Part shown: positions 19,516-31,766 of the stretch, piece after piece
How positions within the stretch are numbered: the stretch's first letter is position 1
Layout: each line of letters opens with the position of its first letter
DNA from: Negativicutes bacterium
GTDB taxonomy: Bacteria; Bacillota; Negativicutes; UBA1444
Length of the DNA: 64,000 nucleotides
Reading direction: 5' to 3'
NCBI GenBank assembly: GCA_963665275.2
Contig: CAXXIN010000007.1
Span: 693,141 to 757,140, forward strand
Notes under the pieces: model-generated
The model's database searches: none
Seen by the model: only the letters and a program-made list of their open reading frames with translations
What the model was told of the DNA's origin: nothing
Position numbers and translations under genes: made by a program

Positions 19516-20309
19516 CCCCATCTCAACCATCCCAGAATTCCCACCATCACACCTATGCAAGCCACTGCGAGAATATCACGGACACCCAATTTAAGTTCCT
19601 TCATGCGTGTCCGATGTTCGCCGCCCCTGTAACAGCGCGCCTCCATCGCCGTAGCCAGGTCATCCGCCCTGCGAAAAGCGCTTATAAAGAGCGGCACGAG
19701 TAATGGCACCATGTTCCGACCACGTTTCAGTAAGTTGCCTGAGGAAAAGTCTGCCCCCCGGGCCATCTGTGCTTTCATGATTCGATCGGTCTCTTCCAGC
19801 AGCGTCGGTACAAACCGTAGAGCGATCGTCATCATCATTGCCAGCTCATGTACCGGAACCTTCAGGCGTTTTAGCGGTGAAAGCAAACGTTCGATAGCAT
19901 CGGTTAAGGCAATCGGCGATGTGGTAAAGGTAAGGAGCGAAGACATTACTATCAAAAATACGAGCCGGGCTGACATCTGTATTCCTTGGCGCAAACCCTC
20001 TTCGGTGATGCTGACAGGCCCGAACGATAACCAGGGAGTCCCGGGCGTCATGAACATGTGGATGCCTGCCGTCAACAAAAGAATGATCCATAACGGTTTA
20101 ATTGAACGCAGGACTATCAATACGGGAATACCGGCAACAACTGTGACCAAACTCAAAAACAGCCCTAATAGCAAATAGCCGTTATAACTATTCGCCAAAA
20201 AAATACTGGATACAAAAATAAGGGTCAGTATGATTTTGCTGCGCGGATCCAGTTTATGAACAAAAGAATTTCCCGGGAAATATTGTCCCAACATAATATC
20301 TGTCAGCAT
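19512..20309 (-). CDS. ecfT: ECF transporter transmembrane component T
   Basis: LDPRSK, ALRFVP, AQMARG, AMEARCY. Confidence 0.95.
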   Translation of the reverse strand: MLTDIMLGQYFPGNSFVHKLDPRSKIILTLIFVSSIFLANSYNGYLLLGLFLSLVTVVAGIPVLIVLRSIKPLWIILLLTAGIHMFMTPGTPWLSFGPVSITEEGLRQGIQMSARLVFLIVMSSLLTFTTSPIALTDAIERLLSPLKRLKVPVHELAMMMTIALRFVPTLLEETDRIMKAQMARGADFSSGNLLKRGRNMVPLLVPLFISAFRRADDLATAMEARCYRGGEHRTRMKELKLGVRDILAVACIGVMVGILGWLRWG

Positions 20310-21175
20310 GGGCCAATCCTCTTCTGGCGGAGAGCCACTTCTATCGCTCCAGCAACCTCTCTTGGATCCAATAGCGTGTCATCAACATTCAATCCCCTGG
20401 CTCTGAGGGTCCTAATCAGGGAGGTCACGCTGGGCAGGCTGATGCCGAATTCATGCAATGGAATTGTCTCATCTCGAAACAAATCAATGGGTTTTCCGTC
20501 AAATTCAATTCGCCCCCGGTTCATTACGAGCAGACGTTTGGCCAGCCTGGCGACGTCTTCCATATTATGCGTAACTAAAACTACAGCCATCCCGCTGCTG
20601 TGATATAGCTGCAATATCTGTTCGAATATTTCATCTCTACCTCTCGGATCAAGCCCGGCTGAGGGTTCGTCCAGAACCAGATACTCCGGTTGGAGCGCAA
20701 TCACGCCGGCAATCGCTACTCGGCGCATCTGTCCGCCGCTAAGTCGAAATGGTGACCGGGTTGCATAGTCGGAAGCCGGCAATCCTACGCGCTCGAGCGC
20801 TGATTCCACCCGTTGCGACACCTCATCCGCGTCCAAGCCCAAATTTCGCGGCCCAAACGCTACATCATCGAAGACGCTTTCTTCAAACAACTGGTGTTCG
20901 GGATATTGGAACACCATTCCCACGCGTTGGCGCACCCGTTTCTTTTCGGCCCCTTTGGCATGCAGATCATTGCCGTCAACTTGGACAACGCCTTTGGTCG
21001 GCCGCAATAACCCATTAAGATGTTGCACTAATGTGGACTTTCCTGATCCGGTATGGCCAATAATACCAATGAATTCGCCAGGCTCAATGATCAGGTCAAT
21101 TCCTCGCAATGCGTCGCGAGAATAAGGAGTTCCCGGCATATATGTGTAGGAGACCCCACTCAAAGCTATGGACAT
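20303..21175 (-). CDS. ecfA2: ECF transporter ATPase A2
   Basis: GHTGSGKST, FQYPEHQLF, LSGGQMRR. Confidence 0.93.
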   Translation of the reverse strand: MSIALSGVSYTYMPGTPYSRDALRGIDLIIEPGEFIGIIGHTGSGKSTLVQHLNGLLRPTKGVVQVDGNDLHAKGAEKKRVRQRVGMVFQYPEHQLFEESVFDDVAFGPRNLGLDADEVSQRVESALERVGLPASDYATRSPFRLSGGQMRRVAIAGVIALQPEYLVLDEPSAGLDPRGRDEIFEQILQLYHSSGMAVVLVTHNMEDVARLAKRLLVMNRGRIEFDGKPIDLFRDETIPLHEFGISLPSVTSLIRTLRARGLNVDDTLLDPREVAGAIEVALRQKRIGPC

Positions 21176-22005
21176 AGCGCAGCCGCCAACCCTTCATCAG
21201 TTATGATTCCTTCGGGAAGCACCCTTCCGCCAGACCGAAGCCGCGCCGCTATGTCAGCCGCGATCGGAACATCAAGCCCCAACGCGCGGATCTCTTCCAC
21301 GCGATTGAAAACCACTTCCGGCGGCCCATCAAGCAGTATATGTCCGTCATCCATCACTACGACCCGTCCGGCCGCTACTGCCTCTTCCATAAAATGAGTA
21401 ATGTAAACAACGGTAATCCCCTCTTCACGGTGCAGTCGGCAGACAGACTCCAATACTTCCTCACGACCAACGGGATCCAACATCGCGGTTGGTTCATCCA
21501 GCACAAGGCAGCGGGGATGCATCGCCAAAACTCCTGCAATCGCCACGCGCTGTTTTTGACCCCCAGACAATAGGTGCGGACCATGCAAGCGATAATCCGT
21601 CATCCCAACAAGGCGCAGAGATTCCTCCACTCGTTTTACTATTTCAGCCGGAGGCAGGCCGAGGTTCTCCGGACCAAAGGCAACATCTTCCTCCACAATG
21701 GAGGCCACAATCTGATTGTCAGGATTCTGAAATACCATGCCAACCATTTGTCGGATATCCCAAAGGTGCGAGACTACCCTCGTATCCATACCGGCAACAA
21801 TGCAAGCTCCGCCGCTGGGAACCAGCAAGGCGTTCAAATGTTTTGCCAGGGTTGATTTACCGGATCCGTTGCGACCGATAACCGCCACAAACTCGCCAGC
21901 GTCGATTTTAAGGTTAACATGATCGAGCGCCATCAGTTCTTCGCCGTTTTCATTGCAGTATGAGTGACATAAATCCTGTGCCAACAGCATTATATTCCTA
22001 TCCAC
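21166..22005 (-). CDS. ecfA1: ECF transporter ATPase A1
   Basis: GRNGSGKST, FQNPDNQ, LSGGQKQR; start uncertain (GTG after GGAAGGA). Confidence 0.92.
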   Translation of the reverse strand: MDRNIMLLAQDLCHSYCNENGEELMALDHVNLKIDAGEFVAVIGRNGSGKSTLAKHLNALLVPSGGACIVAGMDTRVVSHLWDIRQMVGMVFQNPDNQIVASIVEEDVAFGPENLGLPPAEIVKRVEESLRLVGMTDYRLHGPHLLSGGQKQRVAIAGVLAMHPRCLVLDEPTAMLDPVGREEVLESVCRLHREEGITVVYITHFMEEAVAAGRVVVMDDGHILLDGPPEVVFNRVEEIRALGLDVPIAADIAARLRSGGRVLPEGIITDEGLAAALCP

Positions 22006-22116
22006 GCATCCTTCCCAAGAATCAATGAAAAGACTTGGCTCGTACCATGCCTTTTGGAGGTTGGAGGAAGCCCCAAGTTTATTTCGACTGATCGGCATGA
22101 ATTATACTGAACGGAT

Positions 22117-22148
22117 AAAAAAAGAAAGGCGACCTTTGCGGCCGCCCT
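22117..22148 (-). terminator. terminator after rplQ
   Basis: GC hairpin followed by a U-tract on the minus strand. Confidence 0.6.
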
Positions 22149-22157
22149 AAAGGCTTT

Positions 22158-22496
22158 TTAAACCAGTTCCAGTATCGCCATCAGCGCCGCGTCACCTTGG
22201 CGGGGCCCCAATTTCAGAACCCGGGTATATCCGCCCTGACGTTCTTTGTACTTCGGTCCAATCGTATCAAACAATTTACGGACGACCTCTTCACTAGTCA
22301 TAAATGCCAGAGCCTGCCGCCGCGCATGCAGGTCGCCCCGCTTCGCCAACGTAATCATCTGATCAGCTAGGCCGCTGACTTCTTTTGCTTTTGCTTCCGT
22401 TGTCTCAATTCGTTCTTTATCAAATAGAGCTGTAACAACGTCGCGCAGCATCGCCTTGCGGGCGCTTGAATCACGTCCAAATTTTCTGTAAGCCAT
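22158..22496 (-). CDS. rplQ: 50S ribosomal protein L17
   Basis: [16 protein letters not shown]. Confidence 0.98.
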   Translation of the reverse strand: MAYRKFGRDSSARKAMLRDVVTALFDKERIETTEAKAKEVSGLADQMITLAKRGDLHARRQALAFMTSEEVVRKLFDTIGPKYKERQGGYTRVLKLGPRQGDAALMAILELV

Positions 22497-22512
22497 TCTC
22501 CACCCTCCTTAT

Positions 22513-23442
22513 TCAGTCCTCTTCTTCTCGCATGGCTACGCCAATATCAATCAATTTTTTCTTAACTTCATCCAAAGATTTCCGTCCAAGGTTTCTGACC
22601 TTCATCATTTCGTCTTCCGACTTCTGCGCTAGGTCTGACACGAAGTTAATACCGGCGCGCTTGAGACAATTATAAGAACGAACGGACAAATCCAGTTCCT
22701 CAATAGTCATTTCACCGGGATTTTTGTTCCCGACCGGGCTTTCAGGTATCCCAACGCCTGGCAATTCACCGCTAAGCCGGAAAATCGAGAGAGACTCCTG
22801 CAATATTTCCGCCGCATTACCCAACGCCTCATCCGGTCGGATGCTGCCATCTGTCCAGATTTCCAACGTCAACTTGTCATAATCGGTGCGATTGCCAACC
22901 CGCGTGTCTTCGACCATGAAGTTTACCTTCAACACCGGCGAGAAAATCGAATCCACGGGAATAATGCCAATCACATGATCTGCTTTTTTGTTTTTATCCG
23001 CTGAGATATATCCTTTTCCCTGCTCTACCGTCATTTCCATACGAAGAGCAAAGCCTTCCTCTACTGTCGCCAGATGAAGATCAGGATTGAGAATATCCAG
23101 ATCTGAACTAACTTCAATATCACCAGCAGTAATTTCGCCGCCTCCTTCGAAATCAATGCGCATTGTATGAACATCGCTCGAATGAGATTTCAGACAAAGT
23201 TCCTTCAGGTTGAGGATAATATCTGTCACGTCTTCGCGAACTCCTGGAACAGTGGCAAACTCATGCAGCACGCCGTCAATTTTTACCGACGTTACGGCCG
23301 AGCCTTCCAACGACGATAACAATACCCGCCTCAGGCTATTACCGAGTGTAGTGCCATATCCACGCTCCAACGGTTCGCACACGAACTTGCCGTAACGGTA
23401 ATCCGCGCTTAACTCGACTGTCTCAAGTTTGGTTTCATTCAT
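22513..23442 (-). CDS. rpoA: RNA polymerase alpha subunit
   Basis: [40 protein letters not shown]. Confidence 0.98.
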   Translation of the reverse strand: MNETKLETVELSADYRYGKFVCEPLERGYGTTLGNSLRRVLLSSLEGSAVTSVKIDGVLHEFATVPGVREDVTDIILNLKELCLKSHSSDVHTMRIDFEGGGEITAGDIEVSSDLDILNPDLHLATVEEGFALRMEMTVEQGKGYISADKNKKADHVIGIIPVDSIFSPVLKVNFMVEDTRVGNRTDYDKLTLEIWTDGSIRPDEALGNAAEILQESLSIFRLSGELPGVGIPESPVGNKNPGEMTIEELDLSVRSYNCLKRAGINFVSDLAQKSEDEMMKVRNLGRKSLDEVKKKLIDIGVAMREEED

Positions 23443-23500
23443 CCTTCAAAAGCCCCCTCTCTGCGCAAGCTATCAGTGAATCATCAGCTGAGGGTGGTCG

Positions 23501-24133
23501 TTACCGCGAGTACAACTCAACGATGAGATGTTCCTGAATGGAAACATCCATTTCTTCACGGCTTGGATAACGAACAACGGTCCCGCTCATTTCATTGACA
23601 GTGACTGTCAACCAGACAGGAATGGTTTTATGTGCCAACTCCTGGGCGATTCCCTGCAGCAAGGGAGACTCCTTGCTCTTTTCGCATACTTTGATTACTT
23701 CGCCGCTTCGGACCAAGTAGGAAGGAATATCAACACGATGTCCGCCTACTTCAAAATGTCCATGCATTACAAGCTGACGAGCCTGCGTACGACTGGAGGC
23801 AAAGCCCATGCGGTAAACGAGATTGTCGAGACGACGCTCAAGCAATACCAGCAGGTTTTCGCCGGTAATTCCCTTTTGGCGTTCGGCTTTTTCAAAATAG
23901 TTGCGGAACTGGCGCTCCAAAACTCCATAAATACGACGAGCTTTTTGTTTTTCACGCAATTGCAGTCCGTATTCGGAAACCTTCTTGCGGCCCTGGCCGG
24001 CGCCATGCTGACCTGGAGCATAGCCACGACGGGAAAATGCGCATTTGTCGCTATAGCAGCGCTCGCCTTTCAAAAACAACTTGACGCCTTCGCGGCGGCA
24101 TTGCCGGCAAACCGGACCTGTATATTTCGCCAT
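23501..24133 (-). CDS. rpsD: 30S ribosomal protein S4
   Basis: [22 protein letters not shown]. Confidence 0.98.
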   Translation of the reverse strand: MAKYTGPVCRQCRREGVKLFLKGERCYSDKCAFSRRGYAPGQHGAGQGRKKVSEYGLQLREKQKARRIYGVLERQFRNYFEKAERQKGITGENLLVLLERRLDNLVYRMGFASSRTQARQLVMHGHFEVGGHRVDIPSYLVRSGEVIKVCEKSKESPLLQGIAQELAHKTIPVWLTVTVNEMSGTVVRYPSREEMDVSIQEHLIVELYSR

Positions 24134-24158
24134 TGATTTTCAACTCCTCCCGAAATGA

Positions 24159-24551
24159 CTATACTCTTCTGCGCTTTGGCGGCCTGCAGCCATTATGGGG
24201 GATAGGAGTGACATCTTTGATCATGTTCACTTCAAGTCCCGCAGCCTGCAAGGAACGGATTGCCGCTTCACGGCCCGCTCCGGGTCCTTTGACGAATACT
24301 TCAACTTGTTTCATTCCATGATCCATCGCTGCTTTGGCAGCGGTTTCCGCCGCCATCTGTGCTGCGAAAGGAGTGCTTTTCCGAGAGCCTTTGAAGCCCT
24401 GAATACCAGCACTCGACCAGGAAATGGCGTTGCCACGGACATCGGTAATCGTTACCAGTGTATTATTAAAGGTGGAACGAATATGCGCCACGCCCGTCTC
24501 AATGTTTTTGCGTTCCCGTTTTTTGGGTCTGGCAGCTTTCTTGGTAGCCAA
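24159..24551 (-). CDS. rpsK: 30S ribosomal protein S11
   Basis: [26 protein letters not shown]. Confidence 0.98.
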   Translation of the reverse strand: MATKKAARPKKRERKNIETGVAHIRSTFNNTLVTITDVRGNAISWSSAGIQGFKGSRKSTPFAAQMAAETAAKAAMDHGMKQVEVFVKGPGAGREAAIRSLQAAGLEVNMIKDVTPIPHNGCRPPKRRRV

Positions 24552-24568
24552 TCCTCAATCCCTCCCTT

Positions 24569-24943
24569 TTACGCTTTGCTGCGCTTCGCGCCGACCGTTT
24601 TGCGGGGGCCTTTGCGAGTTCGAGCGTTTGTTTTTGTTCTTTGTCCACGCACAGGCAGTCCCTGGCGGTGGCGACGTCCGCGGTAAGACCCAATCTCAAT
24701 CAGCCGCTTGATATTGAGTGATTCTTCACGGCGTAGGTCCCCTTCAACCTTGTAGCCCTTGTCGATCGCTTCACGAAGTTTTGCAATTTCTTCCTCCGTA
24801 AGATCACGCACCCGGGTGTCCGGGCTAACACCGGTTGTCTTGAGGATTTCCTGGGACAGTGTGAGTCCTATCCCATAAATGTATGTCAAAGCAATTTCAA
24901 CTCGTTTGTCACGCGGTAAATCCACACTAGCAATACGTGCCAT
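24569..24943 (-). CDS. rpsM: 30S ribosomal protein S13
   Basis: [26 protein letters not shown]. Confidence 0.98.
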   Translation of the reverse strand: MARIASVDLPRDKRVEIALTYIYGIGLTLSQEILKTTGVSPDTRVRDLTEEEIAKLREAIDKGYKVEGDLRREESLNIKRLIEIGSYRGRRHRQGLPVRGQRTKTNARTRKGPRKTVGAKRSKA

Positions 24944-24961
24944 GGTTAATCATACACCCCC

Positions 24962-25340
<379 letters not shown>

Positions 25341-25384
25341 GCGATCCCTCCTCGTCCGCTAACGACAACTTGTATGGGCACCGG

Positions 25385-26131
25385 CTATGGAAGAGTCAAA
25401 ATTAACGGTTCTCCGTCCGTGACAGCCACTGTGTGCTCAAAATGAGCCGAGACTTTTCCGTCGGTCGTTACAACCGTCCAATCATCTGCTAAAACTTCAA
25501 CATCAGGAGTTCCTAAATTAATCATCGGTTCTATAGCCAATGTCATTCCGTTTTTTAACAAAGGACCCCGACCCGGTGGCCCATAATTGGGGATCTGTGG
25601 ATCTTCATGCATCCTTTGCCCGATGCCGTGCCCCACGTAATCACGAACCACGCCGTACCCGTGCGACTCGGCATGAAGTTGAACAGCATGAGAAATATCG
25701 GATAGGCGATTTCCCTTGATAGCCTGTTCAATCCCTTTGTTCAGCGCCTGCTCTGTGACTGACAGTAGCTTCAGAAGGTCAGCGTCCACTTCTCCCACTG
25801 GAACACTAATGGCCGCGTCGCCATAATAGCGGTTCAGCTTCGTCCCAACATCCAAGCTGATGACATCACCGTTTTTCAGTTGCCGGGAACAGGGGATACC
25901 ATGCACGACCTGCTCATTGATAGAAGTACAGATGTTGGCCGGAAATCCGCCATACCCTTTAAACGCTGGAATGGCTCCGGCGTGACGGATATATTGATCG
26001 GCAAGGCGGTCAAGCTCGAGGGTTGTAACGCCCGGAGCTATAGCTTTTTTCAGTTCAAGCAGCGTCTGTCCAACAATTTTTCCGGCATCTCGCATATATT
26101 CGATTTCACGGTCCGTTTTTAAAACAATCAT
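25385..26131 (-). CDS. map: methionine aminopeptidase
   Basis: VVHGIP, GHGIG, AIEPM, SAHFEHT. Confidence 0.97.
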   Translation of the reverse strand: MIVLKTDREIEYMRDAGKIVGQTLLELKKAIAPGVTTLELDRLADQYIRHAGAIPAFKGYGGFPANICTSINEQVVHGIPCSRQLKNGDVISLDVGTKLNRYYGDAAISVPVGEVDADLLKLLSVTEQALNKGIEQAIKGNRLSDISHAVQLHAESHGYGVVRDYVGHGIGQRMHEDPQIPNYGPPGRGPLLKNGMTLAIEPMINLGTPDVEVLADDWTVVTTDGKVSAHFEHTVAVTDGEPLILTLP

Positions 26132-26781
26132 GGTTCTTCGCCTGTCAAGCTTACGATAATGTCGCGGAATACTGCGTCCGCCGACTGCCCGCCCATGATT
26201 TCAGTGTATAGATCCCGATCCAGATAATATTGTATCAGGGGCTGCGTTTGACGCCGGTAGACTTCCAAACGCTCTCGCACTGTCTCTTCGCGATCATCGT
26301 CCCTTTGATATAGCTCGCCGCCGCATCGATCACAAATACCAGGCTTTACGGGAGGCCTGAATTCCATATGGTAAGTAGACCCGCAGGATTGACAAATCCG
26401 ACGGCCGGTAAGCCGGGGGATGAGTTCCTGGTCAGCCACGACTATATTGATGACCCGATTCAAACGAATCCCCATTTTCGCCAACATTTGATCCAACGCA
26501 TGAGCCTGTTGAAGAGTGCGGGGAAATCCGTCCAGAATAAAGCCGCCAATACAGTCTGATTTGGCCAATCGTTCACGAGTAATACCGACAGTTACCTGGT
26601 CTGGGACCAAAGCACCCACGTCCATATAACGTTTTGCTTCCAATCCTAGTGGCGTTCTTTCCTGAAGTGCTCCACGAAATATATCCCCCGTAGAAACGTG
26701 AGGAATATCATAGCGTTCAACTAGCTTAGCCGCCTGAGTTCCTTTACCGGCACCGGGCGGCCCCATCAATAAGAGATACAC
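26128..26781 (-). CDS. adk: adenylate kinase
   Basis: GPPGAGKGTQA, LDGFPRT, zinc-type LID. Confidence 0.98.
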   Translation of the reverse strand: MYLLLMGPPGAGKGTQAAKLVERYDIPHVSTGDIFRGALQERTPLGLEAKRYMDVGALVPDQVTVGITRERLAKSDCIGGFILDGFPRTLQQAHALDQMLAKMGIRLNRVINIVVADQELIPRLTGRRICQSCGSTYHMEFRPPVKPGICDRCGGELYQRDDDREETVRERLEVYRRQTQPLIQYYLDRDLYTEIMGGQSADAVFRDIIVSLTGEEP

Positions 26782-26795
26782 AAGCCGTCATCCCC

Positions 26796-28052
26796 TTACT
26801 TCATGAAGCCCTGGTAATGCCGCATCAAAATCAGCGACTCGATTTGTTTCATTGTATCCAGAGCAACACCTACAACAATCAACAATGCTGTTCCGCCAAA
26901 GTACACCCCTTCAATCCGTGTCACCACTGCGACGAAGTTCGGCAATATGGCAATCAGAGCCAGGAAGAGAGACCCTGCGAGCGTAATACGAGTCACAATC
27001 CGATCCAGATAATCTGCAGTCGGTTTTCCCGGGCGCAGTCCTGGAATGAATCCGCCATACTTTTTCATATTGTCCGCCATGTCAGGGATATTCATCGTAA
27101 TGGCAGTATAGAAATAAGTGAAGAAGACAATCATAACCGCATATAGAATTGTCTGCAGCGGGGTTCCCCAGTCAAACCAGTGCGCCACCGTCTTAACCCA
27201 GCCAACGTCGACAAACTGTCCAATTGTCACCGGGAACATCAGAACGGATGATGCGAAGATGATGGGAATAACCCCCGCTTGATTAACGCGCAGTGGAATG
27301 TGTGTGGAGTGTCCTCCGTACATCTTGCGGCCAACCAAACGTTTGGCATATTGCACCGGAACCTTCCGATGACCTTGAGATATCGCAATAACAAAAACAA
27401 TCATCGCAATGGCGATAATTACAAATAATATCACGTTAAAGATGCTGATGGTACCCGCTTTTAAATATTCGAAAATCACGAAAAGACCATCAGGGAGTCT
27501 GGATACAATACCTGCAAAGATGATCAGAGAAATTCCATTACCGATGCCCTTCTCGGTGATCTGTTCGCCGAGCCACATGAGGAACACGGTGCCAGCCGTC
27601 AAGGTAAGCGCAATCAGCAGAATCGATGCAATGCTGGGATTGTAGATCGCATGCTTCAAGCCAAAAGCCATCCCAAGCGCCTGGACGAAACCCAATACCA
27701 CCGTACCATAACGAGTTATCTGAGTTATCTTTTTCCGGCCTTCTTCGCCCTCTTTCGACCATTGCTCAAATTGAGGAACCACAACCGTCAATAGCTGCAT
27801 GATAATCGATGCATTAATGTAAGGCGTGATACTCATGGCAAAGATCGAGAATTTACTGAGAGCTCCACCTGAAAACAAATCCAACAGACCTAGCAAATTC
27901 CCCTGATTGAACATCTGTTCAATCACTGCAGCATTTACTCCGGGGACCGGAATGTGAATGCCTGCGCGGAAAACGACAAACATTGCCAGCGTAAATACGA
28001 CTTTGTTACGCAGTTCAGGAATTCTGAGCACATTGGCCAAAGCCGCCAGCAC
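26796..28052 (-). CDS. secY: preprotein translocase SecY
   Basis: PYINASII, GIGNGISL, FIPGLRPG, GGTALLIVVGV. Confidence 0.98.
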   Translation of the reverse strand: MLAALANVLRIPELRNKVVFTLAMFVVFRAGIHIPVPGVNAAVIEQMFNQGNLLGLLDLFSGGALSKFSIFAMSITPYINASIIMQLLTVVVPQFEQWSKEGEEGRKKITQITRYGTVVLGFVQALGMAFGLKHAIYNPSIASILLIALTLTAGTVFLMWLGEQITEKGIGNGISLIIFAGIVSRLPDGLFVIFEYLKAGTISIFNVILFVIIAIAMIVFVIAISQGHRKVPVQYAKRLVGRKMYGGHSTHIPLRVNQAGVIPIIFASSVLMFPVTIGQFVDVGWVKTVAHWFDWGTPLQTILYAVMIVFFTYFYTAITMNIPDMADNMKKYGGFIPGLRPGKPTADYLDRIVTRITLAGSLFLALIAILPNFVAVVTRIEGVYFGGTALLIVVGVALDTMKQIESLILMRHYQGFMK

Positions 28053-28493
28053 TTAGACCACCTCGACTTTTCCACCGGCTGCTTCTATCTTGGCAACTGC
28101 AGCCTTGGTAAAACCATTTGCCCGTACTGTCAACGCCTTGTCCAGCTCGCCATTACCAAGAACCCGTAATCCATCGTTCACTTTTTTAATGATTCCTGCT
28201 TCAATAAGTGTTACCAAATCAACAACTTCACCGGCTTCAAAGCCATTCAATGAAGAAATGTTGACTTCCGTAAAGGTCAGGGCAAACTTATTATAGAAGC
28301 CCCTTTTGGGAAGTCTAAGATATAACGGTTTCTGTCCGCCTTCAAAACCAGGCCGCTTTTTGCCACCAGCGCGGGATCCTTGTCCTTTATGTCCGCGACC
28401 CGATGTTTTTCCCAAACCGGAACCCAGTCCACGACCGACTCGGGTTCTGGTTGTTTTGCTTCCTGGTGCGGGAGACAATTCATGCAACTTCAT
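28053..28493 (-). CDS. rplO: 50S ribosomal protein L15
   Basis: [25 protein letters not shown]. Confidence 0.98.
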   Translation of the reverse strand: MKLHELSPAPGSKTTRTRVGRGLGSGLGKTSGRGHKGQGSRAGGKKRPGFEGGQKPLYLRLPKRGFYNKFALTFTEVNISSLNGFEAGEVVDLVTLIEAGIIKKVNDGLRVLGNGELDKALTVRANGFTKAAVAKIEAAGGKVEVV

Positions 28494-28514
28494 CGCTTGC
28501 GCCTCCTCGTCCTA

Positions 28515-28703
28515 CTATTCTTTCTGTTCTTCAACGCTGACGAGATGTTCCACTTTGCGGATCATACCCCGGATAGCCGGCGTATCTTCCTGTAGAACAC
28601 TGTGATGTATCTTCGTCAGCCCAAGAACGCGGGCTGTAGCTCTTTGATCTTCCGGCCTGCCGATAAGGCTGCGCGTCAGAACGATTTTTAACTTTGCGGC
28701 CAT
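28515..28703 (-). CDS. rpmD: 50S ribosomal protein L30
   Basis: [14 protein letters not shown]; operon position. Confidence 0.96.
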   Translation of the reverse strand: MAAKLKIVLTRSLIGRPEDQRATARVLGLTKIHHSVLQEDTPAIRGMIRKVEHLVSVEEQKE

Positions 28704-28714
28704 GCCAATCCCTC

Positions 28715-29215
28715 CTAACCCAATAGCTCCTGAACGGTCTTGCCACGCATTTGCGCAACAACTTCGACGCGTTTCAGTTCTTGCAGCCCCGTCAGTGTAG
28801 CCCGAACCATGTTATTAGCATTGGACGAACCCAGAGACTTGGTCAGAATGTCACGAATCCCAGCCAATTCCAGTACTGCACGGGCCGGCCCGCCGGCAAT
28901 AACGCCTGTTCCTTCGGATGCAGGTTTCAACAGCACCCGGCCGGAACCGAAAACGCCGGTGATTTGATGTGGAATTGTTGTTCCGACCAAGGGAACCTGA
29001 ATCAGATTCTTCTTCGCATCTTCAACGCCTTTGCGAATCGCTTCAGGCACTTCGGAAGCTTTACCCAAGCCTGCACCGACAAAGCCATTGGAGTCGCCGA
29101 CAACGACCAGCGCACTGAACGAGAAACGCCGACCACCTTTGACAACCTTAGCCACGCGGTTTATAAAAACAACTTTTTCTTTCAGATCCAGTTTTGATGG
29201 GTCAATTCTTGCCAC
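28715..29215 (-). CDS. rpsE: 30S ribosomal protein S5
   Basis: [20 protein letters not shown]. Confidence 0.98.
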   Translation of the reverse strand: MARIDPSKLDLKEKVVFINRVAKVVKGGRRFSFSALVVVGDSNGFVGAGLGKASEVPEAIRKGVEDAKKNLIQVPLVGTTIPHQITGVFGSGRVLLKPASEGTGVIAGGPARAVLELAGIRDILTKSLGSSNANNMVRATLTGLQELKRVEVVAQMRGKTVQELLG

Positions 29216-29233
29216 TTTTTTCCCTCCCTCGCC

Positions 29234-29602
29234 TTAGAATTCGAGTCCCGCTTCGCGGGCTGCAGCGGCTAGCGCCGCCACACGACCGTGGTAAAGGTAG
29301 CCACCGCGGTCGAATACGACTTTGCTTATACCCTTGGCCACTGCTCTTTCGGCGACCAACTTTCCTACAACCTGGGCTGCATTGATGTTCCCACCATAAC
29401 TCAGCGTTGCACTGACTTCTTTATCCATCGTGCTGGCCGAAACCAAGGTAGTGCCTGTTTCATCATTAATGATTTGCGCATAAATATGGTTCAGGCTACG
29501 AAAAACATTGAGACGCGGCCGCTGTTGCGTGCCCGAAACATTTTTTCGAACCCTGAAATGACGTTTTTGACGGGACTTATTTTTGTCCTGCTTCTGAAGC
29601 AA
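29234..29602 (-). CDS. rplR: 50S ribosomal protein L18
   Basis: [21 protein letters not shown]. Confidence 0.98.
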   Translation of the reverse strand: MLQKQDKNKSRQKRHFRVRKNVSGTQQRPRLNVFRSLNHIYAQIINDETGTTLVSASTMDKEVSATLSYGGNINAAQVVGKLVAERAVAKGISKVVFDRGGYLYHGRVAALAAAAREAGLEF

Positions 29603-29632
29603 GTCTGTTCACTCCCCTCTGCTAAGCACTTG

Positions 29633-30181
29633 TTATTTCTTGCCTTTGGCTCCGGCTTTACCGACCTTGCGACGCACAACTTCACCTTCATACTTGATTC
29701 CTTTGCCTTTATAAGGCTCAGGTTCACGATATGAACGAATTTTTGCTGCAAAGGAACCAACGGCTTCTTTACTGATGCTCGATACAACAATACGGTTGGG
29801 CTGCGGAACTTCGAAAGTTACACCCGTCGGAGGTTCCAGTTCCAGGGGGTGTGAGAAACCAAGCGTAAGAGCAAGTTTGCTGCCCGCTTTGGCTGCACGA
29901 TAGCCGACGCCATTGATCTCAAGGGTGCGGCTAAAACCCTGGGTAACGCCTACAACCATGTTTGAGATCAGCGTACGTGTCAACCCATGCAAAGACCTGT
30001 GTTCTTTGTTGTCTGTCGGACGGTCTACCGTAATCGTAGCATCCTCCAGCTTAATGATCATATCTTTATTGAGCAGTCGGCTTGTTTCGCCCTTGGGGCC
30101 TTTGACCGATACGTTGGCGCCTTCGATCTTTATTTCTACCCCAGCAGGGACGGCAATCGGCTGCCTGCCAATCCTTGACAT
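29633..30181 (-). CDS. rplF: 50S ribosomal protein L6
   Basis: [14 protein letters not shown]. Confidence 0.98.
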   Translation of the reverse strand: MSRIGRQPIAVPAGVEIKIEGANVSVKGPKGETSRLLNKDMIIKLEDATITVDRPTDNKEHRSLHGLTRTLISNMVVGVTQGFSRTLEINGVGYRAAKAGSKLALTLGFSHPLELEPPTGVTFEVPQPNRIVVSSISKEAVGSFAAKIRSYREPEPYKGKGIKYEGEVVRRKVGKAGAKGKK

Positions 30182-30215
30182 TGCTGCACCTCCTCAGTTC
30201 ACGTCGTCTTCAGTC

Positions 30216-30614
30216 TTACCAGACAAAGGCGATGACTTCGCCACCCAGACCAGTTTTGCGGGCCTGTTTGTCCGACATGATTCCCTGAGACGTCGATATA
30301 ATTGCAATTCCCAGCCCTCCGAGAACCTTCGGCAGCTGTTCCTTTTTCGCATAAACCCTTAAGCCGGGTTTAGAAATACGCTTAATGCCGGTGATTACAC
30401 GGTCGCGTTCCGGCCCGTATTTCAAACTGACCCGCAGAATCCCCTGTTTTCCGTCAGAGAGCACATCGAAATCCTTTACGAAGCCTTCTTCCTTGAGGAT
30501 TTGAACAACAGCCCGTTTGATTTTAGAAGCAGGGATTTCAACCTTATCATGATGCACAGCATTCGCATTCCGGATGCGTGTAAGCAAGTCCGCGATCGGA
30601 TCCGTCATTACCAT
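30216..30614 (-). CDS. rpsH: 30S ribosomal protein S8
   Basis: [20 protein letters not shown]. Confidence 0.98.
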   Translation of the reverse strand: MVMTDPIADLLTRIRNANAVHHDKVEIPASKIKRAVVQILKEEGFVKDFDVLSDGKQGILRVSLKYGPERDRVITGIKRISKPGLRVYAKKEQLPKVLGGLGIAIISTSQGIMSDKQARKTGLGGEVIAFVW

Positions 30615-30641
30615 TGAATAGTACCTCCTTCCTGATGGACA

Positions 30642-30827
30642 TTACCAGCTTGCCTTCGTAATCCCCGGCACAAAACCTTTGTAGCTGAGTTCACGGAAGC
30701 AGATCCTGCAAATTTCAAATTTACGCATATATCCATGCGGACGTCCACAAATCTTGCAGCGATTGTGGTGACGCACCTTGAATTTGGGGCCTTTTTTCCA
30801 TTGTTCAATTAGGGCTTTCTTGGCCAC
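30642..30827 (-). CDS. rpsZ: 30S ribosomal protein S14 (zinc type Z)
   Basis: 61 aa, RCKICGR, CRICFR. Confidence 0.97.
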   Translation of the reverse strand: MAKKALIEQWKKGPKFKVRHHNRCKICGRPHGYMRKFEICRICFRELSYKGFVPGITKASW

Positions 30828-30841
30828 GTGTCTTACCTCCC

Positions 30842-31384
30842 CTAGCTAGCGCTGAACGGCATGCCCATAAGCTTGAGCAGTTCCCGCGCTTCTTCGTCGG
30901 TGTTGGCGTTCGTCACGATGGTAATATCCATACCACGTATTTTGTCGATTTTATCGTATTCCATTTCAGGAAAAATCAACTGTTCCTTGACCCCGAGCGT
31001 ATAATTGCCACGACCGTCAAAGGCTTTCGGACTGATCCCACGGAAGTCACGTACCCGCGGCAACGCCACGTTCACGAGCTTATCCATGAAATGATACATC
31101 CGTTCACCGCGAAGAGTGACTTTCGTACCGATTGACATTCCCTCGCGAACTTTGAAAGCCGAAATTGATTTTTTCGCTTTGGTTACAATCGGTTTTTGAC
31201 CAGAGATCTGCGTCAGATCAGCTACCGCCGCATCTAAAACCTTCGGGTTTCCTACGGCTTCACTGACTCCCATATTGACAACGATTTTCTCAACTTTGGG
31301 AATCTCCATAACATTTTTATAGCCAAACTTTTTCATCATTGCCGGAGCAACTTCCTGGCTATAAAATTCTTTCAGCCTCGCCAT
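30842..31384 (-). CDS. rplE: 50S ribosomal protein L5
   Basis: [16 protein letters not shown]. Confidence 0.98.
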   Translation of the reverse strand: MARLKEFYSQEVAPAMMKKFGYKNVMEIPKVEKIVVNMGVSEAVGNPKVLDAAVADLTQISGQKPIVTKAKKSISAFKVREGMSIGTKVTLRGERMYHFMDKLVNVALPRVRDFRGISPKAFDGRGNYTLGVKEQLIFPEMEYDKIDKIRGMDITIVTNANTDEEARELLKLMGMPFSAS

Positions 31385-31409
31385 GCATCATACCTCCCTT
31401 CTGCGCGGA

Positions 31410-31757
31410 TTATTTTTCCTTATCGATGATCTCGCCGCATTTTTTGCAGGTTCGGGCCATCGATCCACTTGCCAGAGTCGTCTTTTTGATGCGGGTAGGT
31501 TTATTGCAAGACGGACAAACCAACATCACTTTCGCCGAACTCAGCGCGGCTTCTTTGACCAGAATTCCACCTTGCGGCATTTTCTGGCTCGCCTTTGTAT
31601 GTCGCTTAACTTTATTGACGCCCTCAACGACTACCTTACCCTTCTTGGGCAAAGCTTCGAGAACCTTTCCGTGCTTTCCTTTGTCTTTTCCGGAAAGGAC
31701 GACTACTGAATCGCCCTTTTTGACATGCAGCTTAATGATTTCAGCCAACTTAGGCAC
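31410..31757 (-). CDS. rplX: 50S ribosomal protein L24
   Basis: KOW motif [14 protein letters not shown]. Confidence 0.97.
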   Translation of the reverse strand: MPKLAEIIKLHVKKGDSVVVLSGKDKGKHGKVLEALPKKGKVVVEGVNKVKRHTKASQKMPQGGILVKEAALSSAKVMLVCPSCNKPTRIKKTTLASGSMARTCKKCGEIIDKEK

Positions 31758-31766
31758 CCCTCTCGC

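Noticed and set aside
25341-25384. Absence of the KOW-domain gene between map and infA, and of the NYN/yacP gene before sigH
   Set aside because: These genes are patchily distributed; ordinary variation
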